DNA of 64,000 nucleotides from Klebsormidium nitens (GCA_000708835.1 DF237059.1:124001-188000); one strand, 5' to 3'; shown: positions 34,882 through 48,086, counted from the first letter of the stretch. Notes: generated by a model not told the origin, from the letters alone. Made by a program: numbers and translations.

Positions 34882-36377
34882 TTAGGACTCGGATAGTTGA
34901 CATGCCCGCCTATGACCAGCTTGCCATGCCGTCTTTTGGCACTCTTTGCTGCAATACTTCACTTGCTCGCTGTTGCACCTTCCGCATACTTTCAGAAGAC
35001 TTCCCCCCTCAGCCTTCAGGTCTCCACAAACCTGACACGAGTCTGATACTCCCTCCTCTTTGACCTTCTGAAGCCTTTTGCATTCAGCCATATGGGTTTT
35101 GAAGAATCTCCGCTGGCAGTCCTGCAAATGTCTCACGGGAGTCTGTCAGTTGCTTAACAGATGCACATTACCGCACAGTAGATGATACTCGCTGCCAAGT
35201 TACGAGTAACAACAGCTTCCGCTGTTACTGAGGGGCGTCCAACCTTTGTCCAAACCACAGCAGGGCCAGGACTGAACCGCTACCAGTACTAGAGGGTCAA
35301 ACCAATTGTGCTTGCAAGTTCCTAAAGTTGGGGCGTCATTTTGACCGCTCATGTCACTAGACTCCTACAATTGAGTTTATAATCCTTCTTGTCAATTCTC
35401 TGTGCTCAGCAATTTGCCTGGAGCCTAGAATGACTGGACTGACTGTGCTTCATTGTTTTGATAATACAGTCAGTCTGCATTCTGGCCTTTCCCCGTTCAT
35501 ACAGAGCACGCAGACTTCAATCTTTCCCAAGTGCAACATCTACAACCGCATCTGCATCAATCCTTACCTTGCTGCAGAACAAAGCTATGGTTTCATTCAC
35601 ACAGTTCCTGCACCCCCTCAGCTCCAGCCCTTCTGGGGTCTCTGTCTTGCCACAAGCAGCACAACCCCGCAACGGCGCCGCCACAAAAAAGTTGTCTAAC
35701 CCCAACATCTCCGTGCGGTACTCATCCGCGTACAGAGCTAGGACAGTGAGTATCTTGTTGACTCGCTCATTCCCAAGGTCGTACACATCCTTTTGCAAAG
35801 CAATTCCCCTGGCCTCAAACTCCTTGAACTTTTCGACCGCTCTCCTCTCCTTGCAGTGGAAGGATTGCCCTGCCTTGATGTTATCCATATCCAGCATCAT
35901 AACGAAGTCGTTAGGGAGCTGTCTCGGGAGCTTGTTTTTGGCCAAAAGGCTGGCAGCCATTGACCATGCGTGCTCGAGATCATCTTGAAGCTCGCTGCTG
36001 CACCAATTCTCATACAATGCCACCAGCGAACCCTGTCCATCTGAAACAAAGTCCTCAACATTAGACTCCGGAGTAAGCAGCGCAATCTGCTCCACCGAGT
36101 TCCCCCGCCTTAGGATATCAGTCCTCTTGGCCGGCATGTTTGCGACGCATGACTGGAGCAGATTCTTCTTTCCTGCCAAGCTTAACTCCGTCCACATCTT
36201 CTTGAAGCCCTCATGGTGCTCCTCCCAGAACCTCCTCAGGTTGTTCTTCAAGCTTCTGTTGACAGCCATCGGCCCGTCTGGTATCAAAAACAGGGGAGGC
36301 AGGTCCTCAGCTGTCTTCTTGTTGGCTGCGGTCGCGCATCGGCGCCCATCACCGCCTGTCCATTTTCCCTCAGCCAT
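34882..36377 (-). CDS. Protein with an uncharacterised N-terminal helical domain and two C-terminal zf-MYND fingers (copy 1, intact); 2 exons
   Basis: Exons 36377-35568 and 35121-34882. MYND1: CAAC..CRNC..LFCSK|DCQRRFFKTHMAEC. MYND2: CQVC..CGRC..YCSKECQKTAWQAGHRRAC. Confidence 0.9.
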
Positions 36378-36828
36378 CGGTGCCCCAGCGAATGCCCTGT
36401 TTCTTGCTCAGAACCGAGCTGCTACACAAAATGCTCAACTTACAAGGAATCCAGGCGCTCTTCACCTCACACTGAGGCCTCACACTGTCACAGTTGAAGT
36501 GGCCGTCGGCGTGAGGGGGAGTGCTTTAATAGGGAATTTACATGTTAATTTAGTAGTTTGACGAACAGCAATCGTCAGGCGTCACAAACGGCAAACCAAG
36601 CAGGCTAGACTATAGACCAGGGCTGTGCCGGGACCAATAAACGGCAAATGGGAAGGACAGAAAGCAAACACGGAAAATATATTAATTAATCGTTTTCCAT
36701 GTGCAAGCAAGGAACAAGGGAAATGCTGGTGCACTGACCAGTACAGTGGTAGCCATAGCTGGAGCCTGAGGAAGGAGGAGCCATCTAAAGCGTTCTGTGA
36801 CTTCTGTCTCTCTTATTTTGTGGGACGC

Positions 36829-39311
36829 ATGGCTTCTACAGCATCCCGAATTTTAGCAAGAAGCGCACTTCATTGCTCCAGCCAAGCAATCAGCGGGGAC
36901 CCCGCGTTTCGAGCGCAACCAGGGGCTCAGAAACCAGGCTGGCAACTAGCTGCACAACCCTCTTTTTCAAGCAAAGCATCCGTCAATAAACCGTTCCAAA
37001 AGGACAACAGGGTCCCAGCAGCTTGTCTTCCTCACACGTGCACTGCATTTGGTCTGTACAGTCAAGTGTCTCCAGCTGGTCTCTTTCTGGATGCTTGTCT
37101 TCCTCACAGTGATTACACAGGGCCCGGTCCAACGATACCAGCGCAGCGTAATGCGTCTTGCTTTGGCAGGAATACTGAAGTCGTAGCTCAGAAGGACAGT
37201 AAATTGGGACAGCAGATGCAATCAGCAATGCCGTGGGAGTTGCCAGATGATTTCAAGTGTAGAGAGGCTACAAGATTCTCAAAGGGGCCGTTCAGGAAAG
37301 CTGCTCAGAGCTTTTACGTACCCAAGGCACTAAGACGGTACAGCTGGCTGAGGAATATTGTCAGCTCTCTCAGACAAGCATTTGCCAAGCATGCAACGCA
37401 AGAGATCGTACTGAAGATAGTTCTCACCCTTCTAGTGATTGGCATCTTTTTCAGCTCACAGCGGTGGGCTCAGCTTATGCTTGGGGCGTCTACCTTATTT
37501 GCGGGAGTCGTATGTGTTGCTGAAAGTGTAACAAGCAAGAGGGAAGAACAGCGGCGGTGGGAGACGCGTCGGAGGAGGGTGGTCGTGCACGAGGCGGGTC
37601 ACTTCCTGCTGTGAGTTCTGAAGCCCTTCTGTTTATCTGGAGGGATCAGACAGCTTTCATCTGCTAGTTCTGCTAAAGAAATATGATGCTCAATTTGGTT
37701 TTCCTCCTCTCATCCCTCGGGGCGCGTACTCGCCTCATCAAGAGGACCCCCAATTGTGCATTTGTTCCAAGAGGAGCTTCTTCAGCATCATTGGAAAGGG
37801 CTGGCCGAACATGGACCTCTTTTCTCCTCCCCGGAGGCGTTGATGTACTGCAGATGACGTCCATTCAGACTTGTCTTGCAGCTAGAGGGAACCTTTTGAC
37901 GGGTTCATCTAGCATTCTCAACCTCTACAGTTTGGCTTGAAAGAAAGCCTGTGAGCAATGCTATTGTGGTCAGTCAACGATGCGAGAACAGGCTTTGTTG
38001 GATATTCCCACAGGCCTTTCTTTCTCCTTACCTTGGCGCACAAGCGTTGCCTGAATCCTGCCCGTCTTTGAATGGACGACTCCTCCTGTATAGGTCCGTG
38101 TTGCTCAGGGTTTCTACAGTTGGTTATCCTGGTCGAACCGATCTGTCTAAGTATCGAAGCCCTCTGACTTTTTCTTATGCAATCATCTTACGTCTGCAGG
38201 GCTTATCTTTTGGGATTCCAAGTCATGGGCTATAAAGTACCGCCCAGAACGAGACCGGGGAAGCCATCAAAGACAACCGCTCCAATTCCTGAGCAATCAT
38301 CGGGCAGCAGCGTGGAAGGCCAGACCTTTGTAAGTAAACTTCGCATGCATATTCATGTCCAAAGGTAACTTTTCAGTCTCAAGCAGATGTACCGAAGCCC
38401 TGAACGGAGCAGAACAGCGACCATCCTCCAGTATTCAGTGTGTTTGCAGAATCAGTCACCTGGAAGTGGGTTACGACTGCACGTCTGCCCGAACCGAAAT
38501 GAGCGCTCCTCGGCCGTTCATCAAGGGCATGTTCTTCTCCCCATCGACATTTAGCCTCAGTCCCCAATCTGGAAACTATCTTAGAACGGCCGCTCTTGTA
38601 TTAGACCTTGTCAAAACCGCATGAGCGCCTGCTCCAATCCCCCTTTCTCCGTTGCCTTTCCATGAGATCTGTCCCTGCTGATTGGCCCCCACTGATAATA
38701 TCTGCAAGCAAGACTTATAATCGACGATCGAGGAGTACCGAGTACTCGCTCCGCTTTTGGCAATCGTCCCGAGGCCGTCCTCAGGATCCCTTTCCGGCAT
38801 CAATTCGAACCGTTTGAACCGCTGTTGAAAGGAAAGGGCCGTTAATATTCACCGGAGAATCATCGAAGTCGGTGGACTTGATTCAAGACGCCCTTTGCAC
38901 TTGCAGGTGTCATTGGCTGCCCTCAAGTATCCCTTCGAAGAGCCAGAGCAAATCGACGGGTACCTTCTCGGTCGGTTCGCAACGTTCATGATGGGGGGCC
39001 TCGCAAGCGAAGCCCTTTGTTTCCGGACCTGCGGGCAAGCACCAGGGAAGGAAAGCAGTAACTCGCAGACTGGCGACTTGGACATTCTTCGACAGCGTTT
39101 GCTTTCGTTCAGGCCCGATTGGTCCGTTCAGAAGAGCGATGGTAGGATGGTCGGTTCTCTGCCTACGAGAGTCGTGGCTTTCGAGAGAAGAGCTTTCCGG
39201 CGCGCGTGTGTGATATTGGCGCGGCACGGCAGCTCTTTGCATCGTCTGATAGAGGCGATGGATGCTGGGCGGCCTGTGCAGGAGTGCATTGATACACTCA
39301 ATCGTGTTTGA
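36829..39311 (+). CDS. FtsH/peptidase-M41-like HEAGH protein lacking the AAA ATPase (plant plastid VIR3/At5g27290-like family); 3 exons
   Basis: Exons 36829-37610, 38200-38329 and 38907-39311. Transit-peptide-like N-terminus, two hydrophobic helices, then RRRVVVHEAGHFLL|AYLLGFQVMGY, FMMGGLASEALCF and GDLDIL. Divergently transcribed from MYND copy 1, about 450 bp apart. Confidence 0.85.
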
Positions 39312-40124
39312 CTTGTGATGCAAGCCTGCAGTTCGAGCTGAGGATCATCCGGCCGTTAATGCAGTTACTTTTTGAAAGTGCGTACTTAGGATGCTAGTTC
39401 TTGCTGCGTACGTCCATGGACGTACATGTCCACATATCATGATGGCCACGGGGTCGCATGTCCGTCGGATAAGTCATGCAACATGACGTACCTGCTTTAC
39501 TCGTCAAGGCTGTATTTCAACAATGAAGGGAAGACTGATGTGCATGACAATTCTACATGTATATGCCAGGACGGTTGGGGGGATGTAGCATGGTCACTGG
39601 GGTGACCTGTGGCGTATGTGCATACACTTGTCGGATGCTTTTGGTCAGCCAATAAACGCGACTCAGGCTATAGAACGGGCTGGCAGGTGGGGCCATGACC
39701 AACCTCGCAACACCTCTTCGTAGCACACAGATGTATCCTTCCATATGTCAGTGTGGCCCGGCCACACTGACCGGCGACCGGCATCGAGTGGTCACTCACA
39801 GACGCTTAACAGTCAGAATATTGCACGAGTTCAATTGATCTTTGAGTGCTAGTTGCATGACATTGCTGGCATATGCGGAGACATTTGCAGCGGGCCATCT
39901 ACGTCAGTAGTATGTGAAGCTTCGGGCACTACCGTTTGGGCCTGTGTCAACGAGTCCCTGATCGAATAAACTTCCAAATTGCAACGAAGTGTTCTAACAA
40001 GCGCACAGCAAGTTGGAAGACTTTCCACCCCGAATCCAAGCTGAGTTGCTTACAATATATACATAAGTTCATCAAAGGGCGGTGACACCCCTCCGCAGAG
40101 GAGCAGGTTATGTACGTCAAGTCA

Positions 40125-41780
40125 TCACATGTGGCTCCCCCGCAGCTTTTTGCACTCCCGCTTGTGCCCAGCCTGCCATGCTACCGTCTGGCACTCCTTG
40201 CCGCAATACTTTACCTGCTTGCAGTGGCACTTGGAGCACTTCCTCAATGCGCCTCCTCCCTCTGACTCTAGGTCGCCACACACCTGACAGCTTCTGGATT
40301 TCCCCAGCTCTGCATCTTTCTGAAGCCTCAGGCACGCTGGCAGATGCCGGACAAAGTCCCTTCTTTGGCAGTCCTGCGAAAATAAACAACGGATTGTTAG
40401 AGCTGATAAATCCCTTCGAAATGCAAAGTTGAGTACTCTAGACTGACAATTCCTTTCATTGCAAACATTCCAGAAAGCTCCTCCACAATAGAGAAGATGC
40501 CATATAAGCCTGAAGCTTGGATCTCAGACCTGGTGCTTAGTGTCACACCAAGAAATACGGGGCTTAGATACTCAAAAAGGCCTTTTGGACCAAGGATCGA
40601 GTGAGAATAGCACTCGGGTGCATCCAAAGCTCTCTGATGCCCACCCACAATTTTGCTTTTGTTGAGTGCCTTCAATCCAAAAAGGAGTCGTCACATAAAC
40701 GAAGACCCCATTGATCCCAGTGAAGGATCCTTGAAGTTTGACAGACATTATGCAGCTGACAATCTTGGAGAAGTACTAGCTACAGCCAATTGACTAGGAT
40801 GCTTTCATTAATTTCCACACCTGACCCACTGAACCTAGTTCGAACGCATTTCATGAAGGAGCCAACTATGGGCTGCTGCTTCAAAGCAAGCAGTACATTC
40901 TCCAAGTTCGGATCTAGTTAAGAGTGATCTTCAACAAGTAACAGTAATCATGCTCACCTTACTGCAGTACAGCGCTCTGCTCTCATTTCCGCAGTCCCTG
41001 CATCCCCTTAGTTCCCCGCCCTCTGGTGTGTCAGGCCTCCGGCACAAAGCGCAGCCCTTGACAGGTGACGATACATAGAAGAACTGGTCTTCACCCAGCA
41101 TGTTCATTCGGTACTCATCAGCAAAGTGTGCCAAGAAGGCCAGTTTCTCTCCAAGGCGATGATTTACCAGGAAGAAGATATCTTCCTTAATCAGACAACC
41201 TCTGGCCTCAGCCTCTTCGCACGCTTTCAGCGTTGTGCTGTTGGCATCTACTTTGAAGCTCATCCCAGCTATAAGGGGAAGACCTTCTAGCATTGTGTTG
41301 GCCACTACGATGTAGGTGTGGTTAGGTGTCACCTGAGAGGTGGTCTCCATGTGTCTATATGCAACCTGAATGTCAGAGCTGACCTTGGCCAGCTTCTCCT
41401 CAAGCTTCCCATGGCAGATGTAATCAAAGGAGGAAACCAACGAGTTCTCTGTGTCTGACAACAGGTCTTCAACGTTCAGTTCGGCGCAAAGGGACAGGAC
41501 ATCTGCAAATGGCTCGTCGTCCTTTGATTTGTCTTTCGCTGTTGCTGGCAAGCACGCGTATACAGAACAGAGTAAGTCTCTCCTTCCCACCGCAAGTCAG
41601 TGCCCTCCACCTACTTCTGAAGCCCTCAGAATGCTGTGCCCAGAATCTCCTTAGGTTGTCTCTCAAGCTCCTGTGAATAGCTTCCCAACCGCCCACCAAA
41701 TCCATGCACAGAACCAGATCCTGGGGCAAGATCTTCTTTCTTCCTACTTTCGAATCAATCTGCTTCACTTGCCAAGCCAT
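40125..41780 (-). pseudogene. Second double-MYND gene (paralog of 34882-36377) with a frameshift near 41592
   Basis: Same intron position (CSK|DCQ; exons 41780-40958 and 40373-40125) and the same motifs (SLRDNLRRFW..H.EGF, LA.FADEYR..MLG.D.FF). The N-terminus (ORF 41469-41786) and the rest (ORF 40931-41590) are in different frames, switching at CTG ACT TGC-G GTG GGA. A sequencing error cannot be excluded. Confidence 0.75.
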
Positions 41781-43273
41781 AGGCACTAGTTGCGCCCCTG
41801 CTGCTTCTCAGTCGTCCCCTTGATCGTGTTCTGACGCATGAGCACTGATGTTCGCAGGTGACGTCTAGACCGACAAGAGACTTTAAAGCTAGCCTGCGCC
41901 TCTTGACAAGCTGAGCCGAGCTTTGGAAACCAAAGCTCCGAGTCCCGGTCAGCTTTGAGAAGAGCTCTGAACCGCTTTGAAGTCGGAAGCTCAGGCTGGA
42001 GACAGTCTGAGTCAGCTGGCTGCTTTCTGCTTTCAAAGGTTTTTGGCGCGAAGGCCCAGGGTTTACCGTAAAACCCGACTTTCCGAGTCTATACCTAGTC
42101 GGACCCGCCGCCTGGCCGCGGATCGCCCGCCCGCGCGGGCCGGCCATGCACGGCGCGCTGTCCGGCAGCTGTGAGTCCCGGCCAGCCGAGAGCTCTGGGC
42201 GACGAGAACCGGCTATTATTTCAGCCTCGTGCCAAGCGAGCGCCACGAAGTGCCGGCTTCAAGCTTTCAAGCTTTGAATCGCCGGTTCCAAAATTCACGC
42301 GGTTCAGGGCGTTGCCTGCCTGGGTCATGTGTTGATACAGTACACAAAAACAACTAACCCCGGGTACCTTTGTGAAGATACTATAGCACCTGGCCCAGTT
42401 TGCAAGCTACAGCGGAGACCAGATGTTCCCCAGATGTTCAGATGTGAATCACAGCCAACAAACAGACTCTCTCAGCTTTGGAGCACTGAGGCAGACAACG
42501 AGGTGACATTTCGCCTCCAATTAATCATGAGTACTCTCCCACGTCTAGCAGGATCTCGATGCCCTTGGCCAGCCGCCTTATTGCAGCACAAAAATTGGCG
42601 ACCTGATATATGTGAGTCCTTTCGACGCTGCTCAACGAATCAAATGTGCTGCATGACACCCGCGTGCGTTTGGACGGTCTGGCTGTGACGTCGGGTGCAG
42701 GCCGCGCCACGGCAGTGCTGAGAGTCACTGGATTGCCCGATTACCGCCCAGTCACTCTGGCGCAATTGTAAAGCCTCAAATGCTTGCGTCCACCCGGTGA
42801 TTACGTGAACAGCCCATGTCCCATGCATAATAAATGCCCACCATGCTCCGTCCCTATCATCCGGCCTGTAATGTACTCCGCTCAGCCACTCAAGCCCCAT
42901 GATGCCTCTGGCTGCAACCGATAGATAGCTAGTACTGTTTGACGATAGATTGAAGCAAGTCAGTAGAGTAACGATTGGTACTTCACAGTGTACGGATCCA
43001 TTTGCAACTTTAAATTGTTCAGCCCAAATCCCACCAAGGCATGCCGTTGCTTCAACTTACAACTCATTGGTGGTGTACGATTCTAGGACGAGACTGAACT
43101 AACTCAACAAGATCTTTGAACGCTCTTCCGATTTGGCTCTGAGTGAGGGTGCATTGAAAGCAATCAATCTTTTAATCTAACCCTTCTGAATGGTTGCTTT
43201 GATGGGCGACTCCTATCTGAGTACTATCAACGGGTCGAAAGAGTGTAATCTTCGGCAATCCGGCAGGCCCATT

Positions 43274-45566
43274 TCAGGCGGATTTTTGGACAATCACGGC
43301 GCCGGATGAACATTTGGCAGTGACGTTCACCCCTCGCACCTGGTAGAGATACGGTGAATCCTGGTAGGTGGCAACGCCAGCCCACTCTCCCTCATGAACG
43401 GTCGAAGCGTCCCAGATCGAAGCATACCTGTCACGAACGAGTAGGTTCAGATGAGTATTACTGTTGTTTAAACTGATTATAATCAGATCAATGCCGACGT
43501 CAACTTGAAGTCAGAAACATCTCCAGGAATCGCATTATTTGCTCTCAAAGTCAGGTTAGCTGTCTGCAAAACGGACAATCAAACGGAGAATGGCAGCACG
43601 GCGCGAGAAATCAAAGCAAGTGCATGATGACCGCGTCCCGTCAATCTGGAGTCAAGGTACTGTTCCCATGTGGTTGGTCGAGGCTAGTAACTTACACGAA
43701 GCTTGCTTTTGTCGGCCAGGGTGAGTAGCCGTCGTTGATTGCTTTCCGAACGAGTTCGTCGTCGATTGACCACCTGTTTGCAGACTCGAAGCTTCAGTGT
43801 TCCGTCACTCTCTAGAGTTGGTCCGCATTTGACAGACTGTTACAAAGGGCTTTGTTGGAACTTGACTATTTGGATGTGGAAGAAGATTCAAAAACTGCTT
43901 TGAAACGCCGTTCTACAGTTAGGCCAATGGTGCTTGACGCGCAATAACTTCTTCGCGCAGCTCAAGGCAGTCTGGACGCAACTTAGGAAGAATCGAAGCC
44001 AAAGTTTCTGGCTGCCCTATAGATTCATCCCCGTTTCGATCAGTGAGATCGTAAAAAAGCAAACGTCTCTTTCCCTTTCTGACTGAAGAGTACTTACTTT
44101 ATGTACCAGCTCGTCCACTGGATCGTATACTTATGAAAAGCAGAACGGCAATCGAAGCCAAGACCGATCATCTGCTCGCGGTCGCCGCCCTTCGATCCAT
44201 CAGAGAAAGAGGCGGAGAAAGGTAAGCCACTCTAGAAAGCAGAACTGGCTAACGTTGTGGCTCCCCACGCTGGTTTGGAGTACTGATTTTGGGTTTGGCG
44301 AAAAGACTGTTTGATTGGCACCACCAGATGACGAGATGCAGAGAAAGCTTACAAAGGGCATGCGTGGCTTGAGAAATCACTTGCTATAGAAGTCTCTATT
44401 CAATTTAATTTTGAGACTCAGTTAAGGTTTCTCACCTCCCCATTCACCCAGTAGTTCGTTTGGATCATATCCGGACTCTTTCCGAGGAACTCAAGTCGAT
44501 CTCGTCCTGAGCGAAAGATTTGGACACTATTTGAATATGCATCCGGTGACGATTGAAGGAGGTCGCCATTTGTATACGAGTAATCTACGCAACTGAAACC
44601 CACAGATCCAAAAACATGAAAGCAGGTACGAGATAAGAAAAGCAAGCCGATTGAACGGCGGCCGTGATCCGCATTCCTAGGTCTAAGTTGAAGCACTCCT
44701 TGTCTTCCGTCCTGGTCGAGGGATCAGCAATAGAATTTCAACCTAAAGCTCTGGTGATCTTGAACTTAACTTGGCATAATTGTATGGACAATTACCTGAT
44801 CCAGACTTCCTTCAAGAGAACTTATGTAGAATGTCGCAACCATACCCGCGAAGTTGCCTGCAATTACACAGAAGCTTTTTTGATGCCATTTGTGCCAAGA
44901 GGGTTGACTCCCGGCGGCCCAGAAAGTCGAAGACCACAGTTTATGAAGCTGGCCAGAGCCTCTTCTGAGAATCTCAGGGGGACGCCCTTTGGGTCTCCTT
45001 CTCCCGTTCAATCCCTCTACTAAACTTCGTCGTTTCCTTGAACTAGAGCAACGAGAAGCATGCATCAAAAGAGGGCTCCGTGCAGTCATCTTAACAACAT
45101 GTGGTCAGATCTCACCGGCAGGACACTTGAGGAAAGCAGAAAAGGTCCCATGCGTGTATCTCTCGCGCGTGTGGATATTCCTCGCACCCGCGCTCCGATC
45201 CATCCTGATGGTATAGATGCCGCGGCTTGTCGTAACATGATCTGGGTCTGTAGGAAAGGGAGATCGAGACGCTCTAGCTAGCAGCCTCCATACAGGAACC
45301 AGTGGGCGTCGGCCCTTCAAAAAGCGTTCCCCGGTGCAATTTGGGCAGAGATGATGTTCATAGATCCAATATTTCCAACACTAGAAGGAATCAAGAAGAA
45401 CCGCATGCGAATGAGATCTGGTTTGAAAGGTAGAACCTCACTCACTGTAGTCAATCTCTGTCAGGATCAGGTGCGTTCTGAGAGCTGACAACATGAGGAC
45501 GAAGAACGTTCCAAGCGCGGTCAACGCGGGCCACAGTTTGGTGATTGAGACCGTTGCTACCGCCAT
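43274..45566 (-). pseudogene. EG16: Second EG16 gene with a 1-nt deletion inside the catalytic DEIDFE motif; 7 exons
   Basis: Exons 45566-45446, 45247-45116, 44857-44796, 44506-44436, 44189-44098, 43773-43696 and 43429-43274, with intron positions matching copy 1. Exon 4 reads GAC GAG ATC GAC TT GAG TTC CTC GGA and is 71 nt, versus 72 nt in copy 1. The other exons are open. Confidence 0.85.
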
Positions 45567-48086
45567 GACTTCAGGTGAATGGGCTTCAAATGGAAGAAGG
45601 ACGACCAAAGTGCGCTGACACAGCCTGCCCACCCTGAGCTGCGTTTGTTTGCGTGGTGAATGAAACTTTTTGCTCTTTTCCTGTCCGATCTAGGTACTTG
45701 GAGGTTCGGGCCCTTCCTCTTGCCGCTGCATGAACGCTTGAAGGTGCTTTGCATCACCTTGCGGCGCCTTTCTCCGTTAACGTTGGTTTTCGTTAAGTTG
45801 GTTGCATAATCTGGCTGACTGGCAGCCCCTCCTTCAGACCCTTCATCAGCAGCAGTCGTTCCAATCCTCGATCACATGTATAGACCTCAATCCTGAGTTG
45901 CTCGAGGGGCAAAAATCTGCAGGAATGAACGGTATTCCTGCCCCCAGCTCCAATTCGATTTGAGAGGTCTACCATTATTCTTCGCTCACGAACTCAAATT
46001 CAAGAGCCAGTAACCAGCGTGACTCTTGTCAAAAGTTTGAAAGGCAGACCGAGTTTTCTTTATCGTCTAGAAGAAGTGTTGCAAACTCCTTCAAAAATTC
46101 GTATCACCACGGTTCTGCAGAGCTTCAAAGCAAGAAGCTGCTATGCAGCATACTGAGAGAAGCATCACCATTAAGGAGACGGGCGCATGCGCCAACCTGG
46201 ACAAGATTGCTGGCAAGCTCCCGCAATGATGAATGTTGTTGTGACATGCTTTGCAAGTCATTTCTATTCTTTCTTAGAAGAGGCTGTCACTCGCTGTCAC
46301 CGCAATATGAAACCAATTCTCCTAGGAACTAGGAAGGATAGCAGAGCAAGTTAACTAAAGCAAGAGGGGAAAGTGCGGTGAAAGATGCTTTGGTCGACCT
46401 ACCTAAGATCAGTATTCCAGCCAACAGATTCCAAAAACGACACCTGATGTAGGCTGACCGGAAAAGGGAGTAAGTAAACTTTTGCAAGTCGCACAAGATG
46501 TCCCCCCTGATCGACTTACTGCCTTCGCGATCGCCTCGAGAACAACTCCTAGTGCGGATGGAGTCACCATTCGCGAAGTCGATTGACGCTGTGCAGCAGT
46601 ACAATTCCTCACTGGTGCAAAGGTGTGGCAAAACGGGGCCAGTCCTTCTTTTCTTTCAAAAGGAAAGACCTGTGAAAGGGCGAGCAAGAAAAGGGCCGAC
46701 CAACAGAAGGTGCGAAGCTTGCCTACATATAGCCTCCTCTACGTGTTTACTATCTTTTCGAGCGCATTACTCAGATCGGCTTTCAGACGGTTTCGTTTCG
46801 GCCAAGGGTTGAGTGCACTGCTCCTACTCTAAGTGACGCCATAGCCGGACTGCTCTTGAAATCGCACGAGAAGACGCCCCTGAGGAAAGTAATTCTGGCC
46901 AGGGGATTAGACGATCTCACAGGCTTTCAGGCCGCATTTGGACTGGGGGAGGACGGTAAGTACCGACAGTACTGTCGGTCAGTATCCTGCGGGGGACAAG
47001 TCGAGCTCAGACACGTGCGGATCGTGCTGCATAGTGAGAACAACAAAAAGGGCATCAACTAGGCGCCTGTGAAGTTGACTATTCAAAAGTCAAGGGCATT
47101 ACAGCGCACGACCTCGTGCTTGCGAAAGATATGAACTGTATCGATCATATGACGCCTCATCCGATCTGATCATTTTGGCTCATCTACATAGGTAACTTTT
47201 ATTTTCGGCAGAAAATCTCAGCCGCTCGTCGCATTGAAGAAACTTTGGCGGTTTTGTCCCAGTCCTTCCGTCCTCCGCTTCGCTCAACGTGCGGAAATAC
47301 CGCATCCTGCTGAGCCAAAGTGTTGTCAGGCCCCGACCATCGTGCCCGGCAAATCACCCTGCTTCTTGCGAATCAAGATCAGCGACGTCGACTCTCACGT
47401 CAAGGACTCGTCATTACTTCATCTTGGCACGAGCCATTCGCCATTGCCCAGCTGAGTCGCCCCCTTGCTCTCCGCGCCTCCTCTGCGCGCCTGCGCCCGC
47501 GCGATCCTGCGCAAACGGGCGATCCGCTTTCCTGAGCTTCTCCAAATGGAGTCCGTTCCGTCGGCTTTCTATTCCCTCACCTTCCGGTCGCACCTAGTGG
47601 ACTCCTCATCGCGTTAATCCTGCTGACGCTCCGTTCTTCCGTCAGCTGGATTCCGACGGGGCTGGTCCGCCGGCCGCTCTGCTCGATCCCGTCATTCTCT
47701 CGACGCCCCGCGCGCGCGCCTTACTCGATCACCTAGCCTCCGACGGGCTCAACGCGCGCGGAGGTCGTCGAGGTTGTGGATGACTCATCTTATCCAAGGA
47801 CACGGCCATGGTGACGTCATACAAGGATTCTTTGTATCAAATGTCGCCCGACGTTACTAGGCGGGTGTCGTTTGAGGGATGCATCTGCATCCCCGGGCTC
47901 AGTTGATCCGCCCCTGCTCCGGGAGAGGCGTCGGGGTCGCTTCCGTTGGTTCCGCTGGTTCCGGTTCCGGTTTATTAAGGCCGACTCGACCGTCCTTTCT
48001 CACGCGTCAGCATTGCAGGCTTTCGGAGGGGTATCCGTGGCGTGGCGGAAGCTTTTGGTGCGGGGGCTGAGGTTTGCGTTTCATTC

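Noticed and set aside
42500-42900. Trp-rich minus-strand ORF fragments between MYND copy 2 and EG16 copy 2
   Set aside because: Short, no known motif, and frames do not join convincingly.
46329-46631. Retropepsin-like impression (DFANGDSI..LILGR)
   Set aside because: No D[ST]G catalytic motif and no adjacent RT or gag. Another frame with splice-like signals explains the region equally well.
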